From a bacterium (GTDB taxonomy: Bacteria > SAR324 > XYD2-FULL-50-16), in NCBI GenBank assembly GCA_032250835.1, contig JAVVEA010000010.1, positions 32,001 through 96,000 of the forward strand: a stretch of 64,000 nt of DNA, in the 5' to 3' direction. A model generated the notes under the pieces. The model was not told the DNA's origin and did no database searches. It was given only the letters and a program-made list of their open reading frames with translations. Numbering within the stretch: position 1 is the stretch's first letter; each line of letters begins with the position of its first letter. Both the position numbers and the translations under genes were made by a program. This document shows positions 55,359 to 64,000 of the stretch, in pieces.

Positions 55359-57886
55359 TAGGCAGCGTATTCGTCCAGCTTGGAGAAGTCGAGATAGACG
55401 TAGATGTCTTTCTCCTTGCCTGCCAAGTTCTTCTGGTAGAGCTGCAAGTACTCTTCTTTGGTCGGCAAACGACCCAAGAGAGCGCACATAGCGGCCAACT
55501 CAGCGCTGGACAGGTAGACCTGAGCACCCTTGCCCAGTCGGTTGTCAAAGTTCCGCGTCGAGGTAGACACGACGGTGGCCCCGTCGGCTACGCGGGCTTG
55601 GTTACCCATGCAGAGCGAACAACCCGGCACTTCCATGCGGGCACCAGCAGTGCCAAAGAGGCTGTAATAGCCTTCTTCGATCAGCTTATCTTGGTCCATC
55701 CGGGTCGGCGGGCAAACCCACAGACGGGCCGCAGACTGGCCTTCGCCGCGCAACATTTCAGCTGCGGCGCGGAAGTGGCCGATGTTGGTCATGCAGCTGC
55801 CGATAAAGACTTCGTCCACCTTAGAACCACCAATCTCGCTGAGCGACTTAACGTCGTCCGGGTCGTTGGGGCAGGCCAAGATCGGCTCGGTGATGGCGTC
55901 TAAGTCGATTTCTACCACCGCTGCATATTCAGCGTTGGCATCGGCCTTCAGCAATTCGGGCTTGGCCAACCATTTTTCCATCTCGTTGATGCGGTTTTGG
56001 ATCGTTTCGGCATGGCCGTATCCGTCGCGTAACATGGATTTGAGTAGGGCCGCGTTGCTGCGGGTAAACTCAACCACCGTCTTTTCGCCCAAGGCAATGG
56101 CGCAGGCCGCTGCACTCCGCTCGGCGGAAGCATCGGTCAGTTCAAAGGCCTGTTCGATGGTTAGGTCGGGCAGACCTTCGATCTCCAGGATGCGGCCGTT
56201 GAAGATGTTCTTCTTGCCCTTTTTTTCTACGGTCAACAGGCCCTGCTTGATCGCCTGGTAGGGGATCGCGTTGACCACATCGCGCAGGGTGATGCCGGGC
56301 TGCAATTTGCCTTTAAAACGCACCAAAACCGATTCGGGCATATCCAAAGGCATCTTGCCGGTCGCTGCCGCAAAGGCCACCAAGCCGGAACCTGCCGGGA
56401 AGCTGATGCCGATGGGGAAGCGGGTGTGTGAATCGCCCCCGGTGCCGACCGTGTCGGGCAGCAACATGCGGTTTAACCAAGAGTGGATCACGCCGTCACC
56501 GGGGCGTAGGCTGACGCCCTTGCGGTCGGTGATGAACTTAGGCAAGGTGCGGTGGGTTTTGATGTCCGCAGGCTTGGGGTACGCGGCGGTGTGGCAGAAG
56601 GACTGCAACACTAGGTCCGCCTGGAAGCCCAAGCAAGCCAGTTCCATCATCTCGTCGCGGGTCATGGGGCCGGTGGTGTCCTGGCTACCGACGGTGGTCA
56701 TCTTAGGCAGCAACTTCTGGCCAGGTAAAACGCCGGGCAGTTCGCAGGCCTTGCCGACCATCTTCTGGGCCAAGCTGTAGCCGCCCTTGTGCTCCGGTGC
56801 CGCTTCGTCGGGCAGGAAGACGGGGCTAGCTCCTAGGCCGAGGGCCTTGCGGGCGCGCTCGGTCAATTCCTTGCCGATGATCAGGTTGACCCGACCGCCA
56901 GCGCGGACTTCTTCGAGCAAGCTCGGGGTGATGTCGCCGTCGGCCAATTTGTTGCCCTGAGCGTCTTTGATTTGGTTGGCCTTGATGTCCACCACAATCT
57001 CTTTGCCGGTGGTCAGTTCGCTTACGTCGCAGCGGATCGGCAAAGCGCCGGAGTCTTCGGCGGTGTTGTAAAAGATCGGGGCAATGGCGCTGCCGATCAC
57101 CACGCCGCCGCGGCGCTTATTGGGGACAAAGGCGATGTCTTCGCCGGTGTACCAGATCACGCTGTTCGCCGCCGACTTGCGCGAAGAACCGGTGCCGACC
57201 ACGTCACCGACATAGATCACGTTCTTGCCTTCGGCGCGCCAGCCTTCAATCATGGCGATGCCGCCGGGGAAGCGCGACTGACCCATGGACTTAGCATGCA
57301 TGGGGATGTCCGGGCGGCTCCAGGCCTCAGAGGCCGGAGAGAGGTCGTCGGTGTTGGTTTCGCCGTCTACCTTGTAGACCACGCCGCTGACCGTAGCGGG
57401 AACCTCGGGCTTGTTGGTGTACCATTCGGCATCGGCCCAGGATTGCAATACGCCTTTGGCGTGGGCGTTGCCGCCGTCGGCCATGGCTTTGACTTCCGCA
57501 AAGGCGTCGGCGACCAAGATGCTGTTTTTTAACTGCTCTGCTGCCTCCGCGCCCAACTCAGCGTCCTTGAGCAGGTCCACCAGGGGCTTGATGTTATAGC
57601 CGCCCACCATGGTGCCCAGCAGGAAGACTGCCTTTTTCTTGTCAATCAGCGGGGAACTTTTTTCGCCCAGGGCCAGTTCGGTCAAAAACCCGGCCTTGAC
57701 CATAGCCGCAGGGTCCACACCGGGGGACACGCGGTTGCTGATCAGGTCGAGCAAGAATTCTTCCTTGCCAGCAGGGGGGTTGACCAACAGGCCGCAAAGT
57801 TCTTCGGTCTGCTTCGGGTCTAAGGGCAGCGCGGGCACGCCCTGCTCTTCCCGTTCCTTTTGGTGTGCGAGGTAAGCTTCAATCAT
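55358..57886 (-). CDS. acnB: Aconitate hydratase B
   Basis: GETNTDDLSPA, GTGSSRKSA, SQDTTGPMTRDE, QSFCHT, GDSHTRFP, GSCMTNIG and PGCSLCMGNQ. Confidence 0.98.
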   Translation of the reverse strand: MIEAYLAHQKEREEQGVPALPLDPKQTEELCGLLVNPPAGKEEFLLDLISNRVSPGVDPAAMVKAGFLTELALGEKSSPLIDKKKAVFLLGTMVGGYNIKPLVDLLKDAELGAEAAEQLKNSILVADAFAEVKAMADGGNAHAKGVLQSWADAEWYTNKPEVPATVSGVVYKVDGETNTDDLSPASEAWSRPDIPMHAKSMGQSRFPGGIAMIEGWRAEGKNVIYVGDVVGTGSSRKSAANSVIWYTGEDIAFVPNKRRGGVVIGSAIAPIFYNTAEDSGALPIRCDVSELTTGKEIVVDIKANQIKDAQGNKLADGDITPSLLEEVRAGGRVNLIIGKELTERARKALGLGASPVFLPDEAAPEHKGGYSLAQKMVGKACELPGVLPGQKLLPKMTTVGSQDTTGPMTRDEMMELACLGFQADLVLQSFCHTAAYPKPADIKTHRTLPKFITDRKGVSLRPGDGVIHSWLNRMLLPDTVGTGGDSHTRFPIGISFPAGSGLVAFAAATGKMPLDMPESVLVRFKGKLQPGITLRDVVNAIPYQAIKQGLLTVEKKGKKNIFNGRILEIEGLPDLTIEQAFELTDASAERSAAACAIALGEKTVVEFTRSNAALLKSMLRDGYGHAETIQNRINEMEKWLAKPELLKADANAEYAAVVEIDLDAITEPILACPNDPDDVKSLSEIGGSKVDEVFIGSCMTNIGHFRAAAEMLRGEGQSAARLWVCPPTRMDQDKLIEEGYYSLFGTAGARMEVPGCSLCMGNQARVADGATVVSTSTRNFDNRLGKGAQVYLSSAELAAMCALLGRLPTKEEYLQLYQKNLAGKEKDIYVYLDFSKLDEYAA

Positions 57887-58112
57887 GTCGCTTTAGTCGT
57901 AATAAAGGGTTGAATCTAAAAGCTCCCGCAGCCGATAGCCCAGCAGGGCCCAAGGTCTGCGCGAAAAAAGTCCAGTCAAAAAACCTCGATTATTCTAACG
58001 AATCCCATCAGGTTTAGTCAATCAATGAAGGGGCAAGAAAGCGCCTTTTAAGGTGTTGTAGATTACCAAAAAAGCCGCCTTTATTTTTGGGCGCTTGGGA
58101 GCGAGCCGGAAA

Positions 58113-59615
58113 TTAGCTTTCTTTGCTGGTGCCCAGGCCGGTGGAGCGGTAGCGGGCCATGCGGCGTTTTAAGAAGCCTAAGCGGTTGACGGAGCCTTTG
58201 GCGAAGGAGCGCAGCCGGGGGTAGGCGGCGATTACTTGCCAAGCGGTCATCAGGCCCAACTGGACCGGGTCGATTTGGCCCTTAAAGATTTGGGCCTGGA
58301 AGGTGACGTATTCGCGGAAGATGCGGCGCTTGCTAAAACCCGGCAACTTGAGGTAAACCCGGCTCCGCTCGGCGGTGGCCCCTAGGTTCTTGGGGTCCAA
58401 AAGACCCATATCCACCGAAAGCTGGTGCAGGTCCGTGCCCGGATAGGGGTAGAAGATGTTTAAGTAAGCGCGGGTGGGGTTGCAGGCTCGGGTGACGGCT
58501 TTGGTTTCGTTGAATTCCAAGGGCGTTTCGGTGGGCAGGCCAACCAAAACAAAGAGGTTCTTTTCGATGCCGTACTCGTCGGCCCAGCTAGAGAAGCGGA
58601 TGATCTCTTCGTTGGTATACTTGGGGCGGCGCAGGATTTCGGCGCGGATGCGTTCGGAGCCCGACTCCAAACCGAAGTTCACAAACCGGAAGTTAGCCCG
58701 CTGCATGGACGCCAACATAGCCCGGCAGGCCTCCTCGTTGCGCACCAAGTTGCTGGTCACCGTCATGTTGATGCCGAAGCTCAGCGGCACCTCGCGCTTT
58801 AAATTAAACTGATAGAGCGCCTCGCAAAGTTCGTGGATATAATCCAAGAAGATACTGACCGTTTCAATCTCGAAATAAATATTGTCCAGCTCTGGCGTGG
58901 TGGCCACAATCTGCTCTAACTCCACCATCACGTTGGAAACGTCGCGCTTGCGTACATACTTGCCCTTGGCCAGATTTTTGAGCGCATGGTTCGAGCAATA
59001 GGTGCAGCGGTAAGGACAACCCCGACCTAACAAAATCACCGCCGAGCCCGAAGCATTGGTGATCCAAGGGGCCCAGTGGGCGCGGTTGATGAAGGGCAAG
59101 CGGTTGACGTCGTCGATGAAGCGGCTGGTGTCGTTTTTCTCCCAACCCCCGTCTGCTTGGCGAATCCAGAAGTTCGCCACCCCGCTGGGTTTTTGGGTCG
59201 CCTCGTATTGCTTGAAATACTCAGTCGCCGCTTCGTCGCCTTCGCCGATGCAAAGCGCGTCCAGGGCGCTGCACTTCATTGCGTCTTGAGGAGCCAAGGA
59301 GGCATGGTGCCCGCCCAATACCACCGGCAGTTTGGGGGCGGCGGCCTTAAAGGCCTGGGCCATTTCGCAGGCCTGAGGGAATTGGGAAGAGACGGCGGTC
59401 AGGCAGAGCGCCTCGGCCCCGAAGTCGCCCAACATCTCTTCTAACAGGTGGGGCAGGTGGGTTTCGGGGGTTTTTACCCAGGTGCGGATCTGGTGTCCTG
59501 CTGCTTCTAAACTAGCCGCCACCATGGCGATGCCAAAGGGGACCTCGGGCCAAGCGCTGAGCGGTGTGGCGACGGTAACATAATGCTCGACAGTATAAAC
59601 GCAGGCGATGCGCAT
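58113..59615 (-). CDS. Cobalamin-binding radical SAM enzyme
   Basis: N-terminal B12-binding fold (VVLGGHHAS, CIGEGD), RGCPYRCTYC, FGLESGS, VGLPTET and PYPGT. Confidence 0.92.
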   Translation of the reverse strand: MRIACVYTVEHYVTVATPLSAWPEVPFGIAMVAASLEAAGHQIRTWVKTPETHLPHLLEEMLGDFGAEALCLTAVSSQFPQACEMAQAFKAAAPKLPVVLGGHHASLAPQDAMKCSALDALCIGEGDEAATEYFKQYEATQKPSGVANFWIRQADGGWEKNDTSRFIDDVNRLPFINRAHWAPWITNASGSAVILLGRGCPYRCTYCSNHALKNLAKGKYVRKRDVSNVMVELEQIVATTPELDNIYFEIETVSIFLDYIHELCEALYQFNLKREVPLSFGINMTVTSNLVRNEEACRAMLASMQRANFRFVNFGLESGSERIRAEILRRPKYTNEEIIRFSSWADEYGIEKNLFVLVGLPTETPLEFNETKAVTRACNPTRAYLNIFYPYPGTDLHQLSVDMGLLDPKNLGATAERSRVYLKLPGFSKRRIFREYVTFQAQIFKGQIDPVQLGLMTAWQVIAAYPRLRSFAKGSVNRLGFLKRRMARYRSTGLGTSKES

Positions 59616-59709
59616 CGGAGGCCTCGGGGGAATGGCTTGGTTGGGGCTCTAGGATGCTCTTTTTTTGGACTTCTTGTCAAATAGAGAGCCGCAGAGGCTA
59701 GGCTTCAGC

Positions 59710-60234
59710 CTAATCTTCAGGCAAGGCCTCAAAAAAAACTGTATTGGGCATAACCTGAAAGTTCTTTTCGATGAAGCGGTGGATTCCCTCGACGGGCCAC
59801 TTGCTGTCGCGGGCAAAGGCCTGGGCGATTTGGCGGTTGAAACGGGTGACAAATTGGTTGTATAGCTGCGGGCTGCTGCCGGCCAATTTGACGTACATGC
59901 CCATCACCGAAGCAAAAGCAAAGACCGAAGAGGCCCGTTGTAGGCTCCCTAAACGCTCCGGCGGTAGCTTGGCTTGGATCATGGGCTTGGAGTTATACAA
60001 CACCGCCACCAAGACAGCGGCCAACTCGCTACGTTTGCAGTAGGGGTTCACCCAGTTGTTGGTCCAGGTGTGGTAAAGCTCAGTGGCTTTAGAGGCCAGT
60101 GATTTGACGCCCGGGCCAAAGGCCCTGGCTTCCAATTTGCCGCCCGTGGCCTCGACCAACCCCTCGGCAATCGCTTCGGCCAGCCCTTGCAGGTACAGGG
60201 TTAGGTTCTCTTCGATCAGTGTCTGATTATTCAC
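59710..60234 (-). CDS. Hypothetical protein
   Basis: GTGA coupling to the upstream gene; 174 aa, helical. Confidence 0.7.
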   Translation of the reverse strand: MNNQTLIEENLTLYLQGLAEAIAEGLVEATGGKLEARAFGPGVKSLASKATELYHTWTNNWVNPYCKRSELAAVLVAVLYNSKPMIQAKLPPERLGSLQRASSVFAFASVMGMYVKLAGSSPQLYNQFVTRFNRQIAQAFARDSKWPVEGIHRFIEKNFQVMPNTVFFEALPED

Positions 60235-60668
60235 CGGGCCCCCCGCAAGAGATTGACCACCGCCTGACGGACCAATTGGCGCACCTGCGGTGCGGCGAAG
60301 TAGTCTCGGTCAAAGGTCTGGCGGGTGTCGGAGCGGTCAAATAATTTGGCGAAAATCGAGTCGATATGTTCTAAAAAGTGGTTGAGTTCCTTGGTCAGTT
60401 GGCGGTCCACCACGGGGCCTTCCTTCTCGGAGCGTTTGCTTTCGAGCAGAGCAAAAAAGGCGCGGAACTCGGCGGCCAAGCGTAATTCTTCGTTGTCGCC
60501 CAAGGCGTGGTCGGCATTTTTGTTGGCTGGGTAGAACTTGAGCACGTCGGCGAGCAAGCCGCCGACGGTCATGGTCTGGAAGTCGTTAAAATAGATTTCG
60601 GCACGTGCCAAACCACTGGATTCTAACTCCTGCAAATATCCCTCGATGGTTTCATTAAATTTGGGCAT
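60231..60668 (-). CDS. Hypothetical protein
   Basis: Starts 19 nt after the regulator stop; 145 aa. Confidence 0.7.
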   Translation of the reverse strand: MPKFNETIEGYLQELESSGLARAEIYFNDFQTMTVGGLLADVLKFYPANKNADHALGDNEELRLAAEFRAFFALLESKRSEKEGPVVDRQLTKELNHFLEHIDSIFAKLFDRSDTRQTFDRDYFAAPQVRQLVRQAVVNLLRGAR

Positions 60669-60687
60669 GCGAGGATCAGCGGTTGGG

Positions 60688-62094
60688 TTATTCTTCGGCC
60701 TTAATGTCCTTGGTCTTGATCTTGTACCTTAAGGCCCGCTCACTGACACCTAACTCTTTAGCGGCCCGGGTTTGGACGCCGTTGTGTTTTTTTAGGGCCA
60801 TTTCGATCAAGCGCTTTTCGGCTTCTTCTAAGGTCATCAACTCTAGGTAGGCTTCGCCAGATTCCGCATTGGGCTCGGACTCTTTGTGTTGGTTGTTAAC
60901 GCCTACCGGAAGGTCTTTGACGCTGATCACGTCATCACGAGCGATTACGATAGCCCGCTCGATGATGTTTTCTAGCTCCCGGATGTTACCGGGATAGTCG
61001 TATTTGACCAAGATCGACTGCGCTTCTTGGGTCATACCTTGGATGTGGCGGCCATTCTCGTCGGCATATTTTTTAATGAAGTGGTCCACCAAGGGCATGA
61101 TGTCTTCACGTCGGCTGCGAAGTGCCGGGATGTAAATGGGCACCACACTGAGGCGGTAAAAGAGATCCTCGCGCATCGTCTTCGACTCGACCGCTTCTTC
61201 TAAGTTGCGGTTGGTCGCGGCGATGATGCGCACGTCCACTTTGATGGTCTGGTTGCTGCCCACGCGTTCAAACTCACGCTCTTGCAAGACGCGCAGGAGC
61301 TTGGTCTGGGTGGTTAGGCTGATTTCACCGATTTCGTCTAAGAAGATGGTGCCTTTGTGGGCCTCTTCAAATTTCCCTTTGCGGTCGGCGATGGCCCCGG
61401 TGAAGGAGCCTTTGATGTGGCCGAATAACTCGGACTCAAGCAGCGTCTCGGGTAGGGCCGCGCAGTTGACCTTAATGAAGGGCTGGTCTTTACGGCTGCT
61501 GGCGAAGTGCAGCGCCTTGGCGACTAATTCCTTACCGGTGCCCGACTCGCCCCGGATCATCACCGTGGCGTTGGAGTTGGCCACCCGCTGGACCATGCTC
61601 ATCACCTCGGCGAGCGCCGAAGAGCTGCCTATGATGTTTTCGAAGCGGAATTTTTCTTGGAGGATTTCTTTAAGTTGGCGGTTTTCGACAATCAACCGCT
61701 TGGTGTCGACGTTGCGGTCGATTAGGATCAACAACTCTTTAAGGTCGATGGGCTTGGTTAGGTAGTCGTTGGCCCCGGATTTGATTACCTCAACGGCCGT
61801 TTCGATGCTGCCGTAGGCGGAGATCATCACAATGGCAATGGCCGGGTCCACCTCGCGTACCGCTTTGATCAGCTCCAAGCCGTTCATCTTGGGCATGCGG
61901 TAATCGGCGATCATTAGGTCGAATTCACGTGACCGAACCAACTGTAGGCCCTCGGAGGGGTCGTTGGTGGTGGTGACGTGGAACCCTTTTTTGGTTAAAA
62001 AGCCGCTCAGCAGTTCGGTCTGGCTGGCTTCGTCATCGACAATCAGGATCTTGGCGTTCATGCCCAAACCTTGGGTTGGAATTGGATCAGTCAT
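60688..62094 (-). CDS. NtrC/AtoC/ZraR-family sigma54 response regulator
   Basis: Receiver (ILIVDDE, DYRMP, KP), AAA+ ([22 protein letters not shown]) and Fis HTH. Alternative start at 62061. Confidence 0.95.
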   Translation of the reverse strand: MTDPIPTQGLGMNAKILIVDDEASQTELLSGFLTKKGFHVTTTNDPSEGLQLVRSREFDLMIADYRMPKMNGLELIKAVREVDPAIAIVMISAYGSIETAVEVIKSGANDYLTKPIDLKELLILIDRNVDTKRLIVENRQLKEILQEKFRFENIIGSSSALAEVMSMVQRVANSNATVMIRGESGTGKELVAKALHFASSRKDQPFIKVNCAALPETLLESELFGHIKGSFTGAIADRKGKFEEAHKGTIFLDEIGEISLTTQTKLLRVLQEREFERVGSNQTIKVDVRIIAATNRNLEEAVESKTMREDLFYRLSVVPIYIPALRSRREDIMPLVDHFIKKYADENGRHIQGMTQEAQSILVKYDYPGNIRELENIIERAIVIARDDVISVKDLPVGVNNQHKESEPNAESGEAYLELMTLEEAEKRLIEMALKKHNGVQTRAAKELGVSERALRYKIKTKDIKAEE

Positions 62095-62098
62095 AGCT

Positions 62099-63697
62099 TT
62101 AGCCCAAAGCCTGTCGCTTTGGCAAGATGACCAAAGCCATAGTTCCGCGTTCGTTCAGGGGTTTTAGGTCGATTTGCCCCTGGTGGGCCTGGATGATTTT
62201 GCGGCAAATAAAGAGCCCAAGCCCGGTCCCGGTTGCTTTGGTGGTGTAATAGATGTCGAAGATTTGTTTGAGCTTTTCTTTGGGGATGCCCGGCCCTTGA
62301 TCGATCACTTCAATGCGCCATTGATCGCCCACAAAGCGACTACGGACCCGGATTTCCCCTCCCTCGGGGCTGACGTCCAGGGCGTTTTTGAGCAGGTTGA
62401 GCAAAACCTGGGTTAGTTTTTCTTTATCCACCGAAACCTGATCGTCCCGCTCGGGCGGCTCAAATAGGACCTGAACCCCCTGCTCTTCGGCTGACTGGCG
62501 GAACAGGACGACACATTGTTGGATCGTTTCGAAGGCGGAATGGTTTTGGAACTTGGGGTCATAGGGTTTAGAAAAGCCCAAGAAATCAGTAACGATGTTG
62601 TTGATCCGTTTGACCTCTTGTTGCATCAAATCGGTCAAAAAGTTCATTTCTTCGGCATCTGCGTCTAAAACCTGCCCTTCTTCGGGCATATGCTCCAGTT
62701 GCAGGCGTTGTAGGGTAATAGAAATGCTGTTGAGCGGATTGCGGATCTCATGGGCCACCCCGGCGGCGAGGTTGCCTAAGGAAACCAATTTTTCGGACTC
62801 CGCCACCTGGGCCTGCATGGACTCAATCTTCTGGGTATAGCCCCAATGCAAACGCCAAGCGAGTGCGGCGGCGAGACTGGCAAGCAGCATCACCCAGGCC
62901 GAGAAGAGTGCGGTGTTTTCAAAGACATCGTCGTAAATTTGTTCAAATTCTTTGCTGTCTAGGCCGATCAACAGCGCCCCAAACTGGCCGTTGCCCAAAG
63001 GGAAGGGGTGTACCGCTTCGTAGAGATCGTCTTTGCGGTAATAATAGGTGGTTTGGTCCTTGAGGCTCGCTTCGATCCCTTCGTTGGATTCGATCAACCC
63101 CCGCTGGGTCGGGTCGGTGTGCGCCAAGATGCGGCGGTTGGGTCCGATGAAGGCGACATAGTCGGCAACCTTCTTTTCGCGCAGCGAATCGGCTAGCTTC
63201 TGTAGGGAGCTTTGGATTTGCAGCTCTTCTAACTTCTCTGGCCCTAAAGCCAACATCAACACCCCGCCGTGCGAGGTCCTCGGCCAAGCGACTATCGGTC
63301 CATCGGGCGGCGAGCCGCCACGGGGGCTAAAGGCCAGCGTGCGGCCTTGGTCGTCAATCAACCACAGCGCCGCTAGTTCTTCTTGCATCCGGTAAGCGTC
63401 CAGTTGGGCGAAGGCGGTGGCGCTTAAAGGTAGGTCCGGTCGGTCTAAGCTTTTGGCCAAGTCCTTTAAGTAGTCGTTGATTTCTGGGGTGGAGAGGTGG
63501 CGCGAATCCACCGCTTGGGTCGCCGATAGCGAGATGAATTCGGCGGTTTCCCCATTTTGACGCCAGAACATCTTGATGAAGTCTTTTTTGGTCTGGCGGC
63601 TGATGAAAAACATGTTCGCCACCAGGATCAACAAGATGGTGCCCAGAAAGGCCCCGCCGTATAAGACGTAGACGATGCGCTTAGAGCTGGGCAGCAT
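62099..63697 (-). CDS. Membrane sensor histidine kinase (ZraS/AtoS-like)
   Basis: Two TMs; AAGVAHEIRNPLN, NLLKNA, DQGPGI and GTGLGL. Confidence 0.94.
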   Translation of the reverse strand: MLPSSKRIVYVLYGGAFLGTILLILVANMFFISRQTKKDFIKMFWRQNGETAEFISLSATQAVDSRHLSTPEINDYLKDLAKSLDRPDLPLSATAFAQLDAYRMQEELAALWLIDDQGRTLAFSPRGGSPPDGPIVAWPRTSHGGVLMLALGPEKLEELQIQSSLQKLADSLREKKVADYVAFIGPNRRILAHTDPTQRGLIESNEGIEASLKDQTTYYYRKDDLYEAVHPFPLGNGQFGALLIGLDSKEFEQIYDDVFENTALFSAWVMLLASLAAALAWRLHWGYTQKIESMQAQVAESEKLVSLGNLAAGVAHEIRNPLNSISITLQRLQLEHMPEEGQVLDADAEEMNFLTDLMQQEVKRINNIVTDFLGFSKPYDPKFQNHSAFETIQQCVVLFRQSAEEQGVQVLFEPPERDDQVSVDKEKLTQVLLNLLKNALDVSPEGGEIRVRSRFVGDQWRIEVIDQGPGIPKEKLKQIFDIYYTTKATGTGLGLFICRKIIQAHQGQIDLKPLNERGTMALVILPKRQALG

Positions 63698-63706
63698 GAG
63701 GTCCTT

Positions 63707-64000
63707 TTAGGGTTTGGTGGGTAAAGCTAAAAAGATCGGTTGGCCGTCGCGCTGCACCAACAGGCGTAACTTGCCGCGGGACTGTTCAATCGCTCGGTTG
63801 AGGTCGGTATGTTTGTTTAAGGGAATCCCGTCGGCCTCAGTTAAAATATCGCCTCGGCGCAGTCCCTTCTCGTAAGCTACCGCATTAGGGTCTACAGCGA
63901 CCACCAAAAGGCCCGCGTGGTCTTCGATCTTCCACTGGCGGCGCACCTCGGCGTCGATCTCGACCGCCCGGAAGCCTAGCTCGTTGAGCTGGTCGTTGAG
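63707..64000 (-). CDS. C-terminal PDZ domain of an HtrA/DegQ-like protease (5'-truncated by the window)
   Basis: GLLVVAVDPNAVAYEKGLRRGDILTEADG..LRLLVQRDG; frame is open to the window edge. Confidence 0.75.
   Translation of the reverse strand, partial: LNDQLNELGFRAVEIDAEVRRQWKIEDHAGLLVVAVDPNAVAYEKGLRRGDILTEADGIPLNKHTDLNRAIEQSRGKLRLLVQRDGQPIFLALPTKP

Noticed and set aside
1-64000. Many overlapping or antisense ORFs in the six-frame track (e.g. 752-1285, 2235-2888, 21634-22281, 34652-35326, 40471-41217, 53529-54131)
   Set aside because: They are shadow ORFs on or opposite clearly recognisable genes in GC-rich DNA and carry no motifs.
1-64000. CRISPR array, rRNA or tRNA (including the tRNA-Leu often found after secG)
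   Set aside because: No regularly spaced repeats or cloverleaf/T-loop signature seen. secG is followed directly by a CDS.

Overview
Mostly GC-rich core chromosome of a flagellated, Gram-negative bacterium. The sigma54 regulators, CheZ, zinc-ribbon/DUF3426 protein, ~1000-aa PurL and His6-type HisA suggest a delta-proteobacterial or SAR324-like lineage (inference only). Housekeeping genes include typA, pgk-tpiA-secG, trmL, a Sua5/YciO homologue, hisA, ftsY, rfaD, motAB, mnmE, purL and acnB. Two regions stand out. (1) 5754-15798 is an aryl-polyene/flexirubin-type operon (CLF, ACP, ligase-dehydratase, GT2-acyltransferase, deacetylase, aromatic ammonia-lyase, thioesterase, LolA-like, MMPL) with no ketosynthase or ketoreductase. 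(2) About 49040-52200 is an AT-richer island downstream of purL. It holds a PD-(D/E)XK-like gene, a 105-bp mostly synonymously diverged second copy of a purL segment, toxin remnants, a frameshifted PIN toxin and an intact nucleotidyltransferase-HTH pair. The toxin-antitoxin (TA) modules are bracketed by inverted pairs of one short motif (GGGGAC-N3-AWWC-NWWTT), with no transposase or integrase in the window. No rRNA, tRNA or CRISPR array was seen. All calls come from motif recognition by eye; no database searches were run.
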